Shown here: piece after piece, positions 16,771 through 21,789 of the stretch
Layout: each line of letters begins with the position of its first letter
Numbering within the stretch: the stretch's first letter is position 1
From: Candidatus Eiseniibacteriota bacterium
Lineage (GTDB): Bacteria > Eisenbacteria > RBG-16-71-46 > CAZEPH01
Assembly (NCBI GenBank): GCA_044229145.1
Contig: JBGATO010000076.1
Coordinates: 1-21,789 of the forward strand
Direction: 5' to 3'
Length of the DNA stretch: 21,789 nucleotides
Notes under the pieces: model-generated
Seen by the model: only the letters and a program-made list of their open reading frames with translations
Database searches by the model: none
What the model was told of the DNA's origin: nothing
Translations under genes and position numbers: made by a program

Positions 16771-17856
16771 TCACAGCTCGGCCGCGACCGCCGCGGCGAT
16801 CGCCGCGGTGCCGTCGCCGCCGCCGAACTCGAACGGCACCAGCCGGCCGCCGGCGAAGGCACGATCGACCGCGTCCTCGATGCGCTTCGCGGCCTGCGCG
16901 AGGGCCGGATCGCCGTGCCGCTCGGCGAGCCAGTCGAGCATCATCGCCGCCGACAGGATCGTCGCCGTCGGGTTGGCCTTGCCCTGCCCGGCGATGTCGG
17001 GCGCCGAGCCGTGGCACGGCTGGAACAGCCCGTGGTCGTCGCCGACGTCGCCGGACGGCGCCATGCCCATGCCGCCGACCAGCGCCGCGGTCTCGTCGGA
17101 CAGGATGTCGCCGAACATGTTCTCGGTGACCAGCACGTCGAACGTCCAAGGCTTGCGGACGAGGTCGAGCGCGGTCGCGTCGACGTAGTGGTGCCGCGCG
17201 ACGAGGTCGGGGAACGCGCGCGCGCGCTCGTCGAACACCTTGCGGAAGAACGCCATCGAGCGAAAGACGTTCGCCTTGTCGACGCAGGTGACTTCCCCGG
17301 GCCGGCCGCGCGCCTTGCGCCGGCGGGCGAGGCGGAACGCGAAGTCGTGCACGCGCTCGCAGCCGCGGCGCGTGATCACCATCGTGTCGCGCGCCTCGGC
17401 GTCGTCCTCGATCGTGCCCTTGCCGCGCGATGCGAACAGCCCCTCGGTCGACTCGCGGACGACGACCAGGTCGATGCCGCGCGCGCGCGGGTCGGCGAGC
17501 GGCAGCGGCACGCCGGGGATCGCGCGCACCGGGCGCACGCCGGCGTAGAGTTCCAGCACGACGCGCAGGTCGAGCTGCGGGGCGATCTCGGTGCCGTCCG
17601 GGTAGCGGATCTCCGGCCAGCCCATCGCGCCGAACAGGATCGCGTGCGCGCGGCGCGCGGCCTCCAGCGTCGCGTCGGGCAGCGCGGAGCCGGTCGCCTG
17701 GAAGTGCAGTGCGCCCGCCGGGTGCTCGGCGAAGGAGAGCGCGAACGGCGCGCCGTGCGCGACGCGTCCGAGCAGCGGCAGCGTCGCCGCAATCACCTCG
17801 GGGCCGATGCCGTCGCCCGGAAGCACGCAAATGTCGTAGGTGGCAGTGGTGTTCAC
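16771..17856 (-). CDS. Isocitrate/isopropylmalate/tartrate family beta-decarboxylating dehydrogenase
   Basis: Motifs LPGDGIGPEV, VVRESTEGLF, VDKANV, ENMFGDILSD, HGSAPDIAGQGKANP. GTG start at 17856; this is the C-terminal part of the 923-aa ORF in the track. Confidence 0.9.
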   Translation of the reverse strand: MNTTATYDICVLPGDGIGPEVIAATLPLLGRVAHGAPFALSFAEHPAGALHFQATGSALPDATLEAARRAHAILFGAMGWPEIRYPDGTEIAPQLDLRVVLELYAGVRPVRAIPGVPLPLADPRARGIDLVVVRESTEGLFASRGKGTIEDDAEARDTMVITRRGCERVHDFAFRLARRRKARGRPGEVTCVDKANVFRSMAFFRKVFDERARAFPDLVARHHYVDATALDLVRKPWTFDVLVTENMFGDILSDETAALVGGMGMAPSGDVGDDHGLFQPCHGSAPDIAGQGKANPTATILSAAMMLDWLAERHGDPALAQAAKRIEDAVDRAFAGGRLVPFEFGGGDGTAAIAAAVAAEL

Positions 17857-17873
17857 GTCGGATTCCGGTGGGG

Positions 17874-18633
17874 TCAGAGCTGCTGCAGCCGGTAGCGCTC
17901 GAAAATCGTGACGAGCTCGCGGGTCGCACGGGCGCGGTGCGCGCGGTTGACGTCGATCGCGCCCGGCGCGTCGCCGGCGCGGATGCGCTCGAGCAGCGCC
18001 ATGTGCTCCTGCGTCGAGTTCACGGGCTTCGGCCGCAGCCGCAGCGTGAACATCCGCGCGCGATGGACGCGGTCCGCGAGCCGCGCGACGGCGTCGACCA
18101 GCGTGCGGTTGCCCGCGAGCTCGACCAGCCCCTGGTGAAAGCGCTCGTCGGCCGCAGCCCAGGCATCGAGGTCGTCGACCTTCAGCGCGCGCGCCATGTC
18201 GCGCGTGGCCTCCACCAGCGGCTGCAGTTCCGCGTCGGAGGGCCGGCGGAGCGCAAGAGTCTCGGCCGCGGCGGACTCGAGCGCCGTCAGCACGGCGTAG
18301 ATCTCGCTCATGTCGGCAGGCGACACCGGCAGCACGCGCATGCCGTGGCGCGGCACCACCTCGACCAGCCCCTCGTGCGCGAGCCGGATCAGCGCCTCGC
18401 GCACCGGCGTGCGGCTGATGCCGAGCTCGGCCGCGAGCGCGCCCTCGAGTGCCTGGTGGCCCGGCGGGTACACGTTGTCGAGGATGCGTCGCCGGATCGC
18501 GGATTGCCTGATAGGCGTCGGCCACACGCGACGCGCGTCCGGGCGGCGCGGCGGGGCGGGCGGCGGGACGCGCACGCGGCGCGGCGCCGGATTTCGCGGC
18601 GCGCGGCTTGCGGGTGGCGGCGGGTGCGGGCAC
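17874..18633 (-). CDS. GntR/FCD family transcriptional regulator (frameshift at ~18494-18507 as sequenced)
   Basis: HTH motif LAAELGISRTPVREALIRL and FCD motif DERFHQGLVELAGNRTL. The N-terminal ...RVADAYQAI is in another frame starting at GTG 18633. Confidence 0.85.
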
Positions 18634-18635
18634 GT

Positions 18636-19610
18636 TCAGAAGTTCCAGTGGGGGAGTGGATGCCCGGCGACCGGCGCGCGGAAGTGCGCGATCGCGTCGC
18701 CGAGCAGGCAGCCCAGGTACGCCGTGCGCAGGTCCGGGCCGCCGAACGCGAGGCTCGAGACGTTCTTCAGCACGCAGCCGGCCGCGCGGTCGAGGTGCGG
18801 CCGTCCCATCTCGCCGGCGAGGTACGCCTGCTCCGCCCAGTCGACGTGCGCCGGATCGGCGTCCTCGAGGACGACGGTGGCGGCGCCGTCGGGCGCCACG
18901 CGCAGCACGCGGTTGCTGACGATGCTGGTGATCCACGCGTGGCCTTCGGCGTCGAACGCGAGGCCGTCGGGATAGGTGCCGTGGCCGAACGTCGCCACGA
19001 CCTCCTTCGCGCCGAGCGCACCATCGGCGGCGAGTGCGAAGCGCGACAGCCGGCGGCCGAACGTCTCGTTGACGTACAGCCACCGGCCGTCCGGCGAGAC
19101 CGCCGCCTCGTTGGTGTAGCCGAGCCCGTCGGCGACGATGCGCGCGCCGCGGCCGTCCACCACCGCGACGAACCCGTCGGCGACGTCGGCGCGGTACGCG
19201 GATGCGCGGGGAACGCGGCGCGTGCTGACGGTGATCCACGTGCGGCCGTGGCCGTCCTCGAACACGAAGTTCGACGGCGGCAGCTCGACGCCGTCGACCG
19301 CCTCGACGAACGGCCGCACCTGGCCGTCGCGCGCGAGCGCGAACACGCCGCCCTTCGTCTCGCCCAGGTCGGCCAGCAGGAAGCTGCCGTCGCGGCGCAG
19401 CGCGATGCCGTTGGGGCGCAGCGGCCGGCCGCCCGGCAGCTGCCCGGCGTAGAGCGCCTGCGTGCCGCCCGGCCCGGTCTGCGCGACGCCGCCGCGCCAG
19501 TCGGCCGTGTAGAGCGCGCCGGCGCGCGTGGCCAGCACGCACTCCGGGCGCACGAGTCCCGCGCCGGTGAAGGCGAGCGCCGCGAGGTCGATGCGCGGGG
19601 GAGCGGGCAT
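18636..19610 (-). CDS. SMP-30/gluconolactonase family protein
   Basis: Motifs RPECV, PNGIAL, GLGYTNE, LYVNET, YPDGLAFDAEG, SLAFGGPDLRTAY. An alternative ATG lies at 19640. Confidence 0.88.
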   Translation of the reverse strand: MPAPPRIDLAALAFTGAGLVRPECVLATRAGALYTADWRGGVAQTGPGGTQALYAGQLPGGRPLRPNGIALRRDGSFLLADLGETKGGVFALARDGQVRPFVEAVDGVELPPSNFVFEDGHGRTWITVSTRRVPRASAYRADVADGFVAVVDGRGARIVADGLGYTNEAAVSPDGRWLYVNETFGRRLSRFALAADGALGAKEVVATFGHGTYPDGLAFDAEGHAWITSIVSNRVLRVAPDGAATVVLEDADPAHVDWAEQAYLAGEMGRPHLDRAAGCVLKNVSSLAFGGPDLRTAYLGCLLGDAIAHFRAPVAGHPLPHWNF

Positions 19611-19652
19611 GGGCGGAACGCCGGGACGAGCGGAATGCATTAACCGATGCGG

Positions 19653-19666
19653 TAACGTATACGTTA
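19653..19666. promoter_or_regulatory. Palindromic operator candidate (GntR-type)
   Basis: Perfect 14-bp palindrome TAACGTATACGTTA in the AT-rich divergent intergenic region. The GT-N-AC core fits GntR-family operators. Confidence 0.6.
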
Positions 19667-19760
19667 ATTCGCCCGCTGGCAACCCCCGCCCGCCGCCGAA
19701 CGCGCCGACCCGGGCCGGGCGTAGAATGGCCCCCCTCGCCGTCCCGACAGGTTGCCTGCC

Positions 19761-20684
19761 ATGGCCGCGCCCGTCCTGCTGCGTTCCACCCTCTGCGCGC
19801 TGGCGCTCGCCGCCTGCGCGTCCGCCGCCACCGCCGCCGCGCCGGACCCGGCCTGGACCGACGAGCTCGCCAAGTGGCGCACGCGCGCCGACACGAGCCT
19901 CACGCGCGAGCGCGGCTGGCTGTCGATCGTGTCGCGCGACGAGCTGGCCCCCGGCACCTACACGATCGGCTCGGCGCCGGACAACAGGATCGTGCTGCCC
20001 AAGGGGCTCGCCCCGGCGCACCTGGGCGTGGTCGTCGTGAGCGCCGACCGGGCGCGCCTCGAACTCGCCAAGGGGCAGAAGATGCGCACGGTCACCAAGG
20101 AGTCCGACGACAGCGTGGAGTTCACCGCGCGCGACCTCGTCACCGGAGCCTCGCGGCTCGAGTGGGTGACGTCGGGCCGCCTGTCGCTGCAGTTCGTCAA
20201 GCGCGAGGACGGCAAGGTCGTCGTGCGCGCCGCCGACCGCGAGTCGCCGCGGCGCAAGAACTTCGCCGGCCGCGTGTGGTTCGAGCCGAAGGCCGAGTTC
20301 AAGGTGCCGGCGAAGTTCGTCCCGACCGAGAAGGGCGCGACGATCCCGATCGCCAACGTGCGCGGCGAGATCGCGTACGAGAAGGTCGCCGGCACGCTGG
20401 AGTTCGCCGTCAACGGCCAGAAGATGACGCTCGACGCGCTCGACGACGAGGGCAACCTCTTCATCATCTTCCGCGACGGCACCAGCAACTCGACGACCTA
20501 CCCGCCGGGGCGCTTCCTGTTCATCGAGAAGCCGAAGGACGGGCAGTGGGTGGTCGACTTCAACAAGGCGTACAACCCGCCGTGCGCGTTCTCCGCGTTC
20601 ACCACGTGCCCGCTGCCGCCGCCGCAGAACTGGCTCAAGTCCGACATGGCGGCCGGCGAGAAGTACGCGGGGCGGAAGTCCTGA
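19761..20684 (+). CDS. DUF1684 domain-containing exported protein
   Basis: Signal peptide, RERGWLS, FIIFRDGTS..TYPPGRFL, DFNKAYNPPCAFSAFTTCPLPPPQNWL. Confidence 0.9.
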   Translation: MAAPVLLRSTLCALALAACASAATAAAPDPAWTDELAKWRTRADTSLTRERGWLSIVSRDELAPGTYTIGSAPDNRIVLPKGLAPAHLGVVVVSADRARLELAKGQKMRTVTKESDDSVEFTARDLVTGASRLEWVTSGRLSLQFVKREDGKVVVRAADRESPRRKNFAGRVWFEPKAEFKVPAKFVPTEKGATIPIANVRGEIAYEKVAGTLEFAVNGQKMTLDALDDEGNLFIIFRDGTSNSTTYPPGRFLFIEKPKDGQWVVDFNKAYNPPCAFSAFTTCPLPPPQNWLKSDMAAGEKYAGRKS

Positions 20685-20706
20685 GCGCCCGCCGCCGCCC
20701 GCGGCA

Positions 20707-20726
20707 CGCCGCGCGGCCGCGCGGCG
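20707..20726. terminator. Possible hairpin between convergent genes
   Basis: Perfect 20-bp palindrome CGCCGCGCGGCCGCGCGGCG. It has no U-tract and lies in very GC-rich sequence, so it could be chance. Confidence 0.25.
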
Positions 20727-20727
20727 C

Positions 20728-21144
20728 TCAGCCGGCGTCCAGCGGATTGAACCAGCGCAGCCCGGGAAAGCGGCTGTAGTCGCGATCCGTCGAGATCCAC
20801 TCGCAGCCGGCTTCGATCGCGAGCGCTGCCAGGAACGCGTCCGGCACGAGGTTGCCCTTGGCACCCCCTCGCGCGCACAGACGCTGGAACAGGTCGAAGT
20901 GGCGCGGCCCCGGCGCGACCGGGACCGCGTTGGACGCCTCGCGCACCTGTACCGCGAAGGCAAAGGCCTCGTCGAGGCGGCTCGGCCGCGCGAACACCTT
21001 CGGATGCGTCACGACGCGAACGAAGCCCGAGAGCACGAGATCGGACACGCCGAGCGCCTCGTCGCCGTCGATGGCGCGCGCGAGCCAGCGGTGACACGCT
21101 GCGTGACCAGACGAGTCGGCGCGGTGCGCGTAGACCGGAGTCAT
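20728..21144 (-). pseudogene. vapC: VapC/PIN-domain toxin, N-terminally truncated
   Basis: VYAHR...LSGFVRVVTHPKVF...GNLVPDAFLAALAIEAG..ISTDRDYSRFPGLRWFNP is a PIN-family pattern. The usual N-terminal DxNV motif with the first catalytic Asp is missing. Confidence 0.8.
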
Positions 21145-21343
21145 CGAGGTCGACGCCGGGCAGCACGCCGCCGGTGCCGACGATCTTGAGCCGCACCGGC
21201 TTGCGCGCCGCCTGCTCCGCGCGCCGGGCCACCTCCGCGCGCAGCGCATCCTCGATGACGGCGGTCAGCGTGCGCCCGCTCTCGGCCGCGCGCTTCTTGG
21301 CCTCCGCAAGCAGGCGTTCGTCGAGGCGGATGGTCGTGCGCAT
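21136..21343 (-). pseudogene. vapB: VapB/ribbon-helix-helix antitoxin, C-terminus and stop codon lost
   Basis: MRTTIRLDERLLAEAKKRAAESGRTLTAVIEDALR...GGVLPGVDLDDS then runs out of frame into vapC sequence, giving the 281-aa ORF in the track. Confidence 0.78.
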
Positions 21344-21379
21344 GCATCAAAGCATGAGCGGTGCGCATCAATATGTCAA
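21344..21379 (-). promoter_or_regulatory. sigma70 promoter of vapBC, probably leaderless, with TTGATGC direct repeats
   Basis: TTGACA (21379-21374), 17 nt, CATGCT (21356-21351), 7 nt, ATG 21343; no SD. TTGATGC occurs at 21371-21365 and 21350-21344. Confidence 0.6.
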
Positions 21380-21404
21380 CGCCCGAGCCGCGGATCCGCC
21401 GCGG

Positions 21405-21789
21405 TCACACCGCGGCCACCTGCCGGTAGCCGATCGCCTCGGACAGGTGACGCGGCGCGATCTTCTCCGCGCCGGCGAGGTCCGCGATCGTGCGCGCGAC
21501 CTTGAGCACGCGGTGGTAGCCGCGCGCGGACAGCCCGAGCCGGGCCGTCGCCTTCATCAGCAGCGCCTCGCCGTCCGCGTCCGGCGCGCAGTGCCGCGCG
21601 ACGTCGGCGGGCGCGAGCCGCGCGTTGCAGCAGCCCTGGCGCGCGCGCTGGCGGTCGCGCGCGGCGACGACGCGCTCGCGCACCGCGGCCGACGGCTCGG
21701 AGGCCTTCGCCGCGGCGCCGGCGGCCGCGAGCGCGTCGGTGGGCAGCGGCGGCACCTCGAGCTTCAGGTCGATCCGGTCGAGCAGCGGC
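21405..21789 (-). CDS. comM: YifB/ComM Mg-chelatase-like AAA+ ATPase, 3' end (5' part outside the window)
   Basis: PLLDRIDLKLEVP...SAAVRERVVAARDRQ...LGLSARGYHRVLKVARTIADL...HLSEAIGYR. Confidence 0.92.
   Translation of the reverse strand, partial: PLLDRIDLKLEVPPLPTDALAAAGAAAKASEPSAAVRERVVAARDRQRARQGCCNARLAPADVARHCAPDADGEALLMKATARLGLSARGYHRVLKVARTIADLAGAEKIAPRHLSEAIGYRQVAAV

Noticed and set aside
12605..17188. 1527-aa plus-strand ORF
   Set aside because: Antisense to dctM/Q/P and the dehydrogenases; Arg-rich with no domain signal.
16771..17856. Naming this gene leuB
   Set aside because: The context is catabolic with no leuCD nearby, and substrate specificity cannot be fixed from motifs.
16771..19542. 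923-aa ORF read as one large fusion protein
   Set aside because: Only the last ~361 aa are the dehydrogenase. The rest is off-frame sequence over the lactonase and gntR, apart from the true gntR N-terminus. The 748-, 557- and 775-aa ORFs are similarly over-extended.
20498..21343. 281-aa antitoxin fusion ORF
   Set aside because: It is read-through produced by the junction deletion; only the first ~69 aa are antitoxin.
21405..21789. comM as the integration site of the Rhs island
   Set aside because: comM is a known island hotspot, but the visible 3' part is intact, lies about 11 kb from the Rhs locus, and no att repeat or integrase is seen.

Overview
High-GC bacterial DNA (proteobacterial, probably betaproteobacterial by gene style; inference) in three blocks, almost all on the minus strand. 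(1) 1-10.3 kb is a polymorphic-toxin locus with predicted Sec signal peptides. It runs: di-heme cytochrome c peroxidase/MauG-family gene -> 1019-aa secreted protein (lone N-terminal YD hairpin, two IPT/TIG domains, 660-bp PPC-like repeats) -> ~1800-aa Kelch/Ig/carboxypeptidase-regulatory-like/Rhs protein with a 92-aa, 11-Cys C-terminal tip -> 77-aa overlapping immunity candidate -> a near-identical copy of mid-Rhs sequence (orphan module) running off the left edge. (2) 10.6-19.7 kb is an acid-sugar catabolic operon: SMP-30 lactonase, GntR, beta-decarboxylating dehydrogenase, Gfo/Idh/MocA oxidoreductase, TRAP dctPQM, otnK, otnC and an LsrG-like ABM protein, with a 14-bp palindromic operator candidate. 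(3) 19.7-21.8 kb holds a DUF1684 protein, a vapBC pair broken by a deletion at the gene junction, and the 3' end of comM/yifB. Several indels (gntR, otnK, vapBC) may be consensus errors. The most notable candidate system is the MauG-like enzyme plus YD-hairpin adhesin translationally coupled upstream of an Rhs toxin array.
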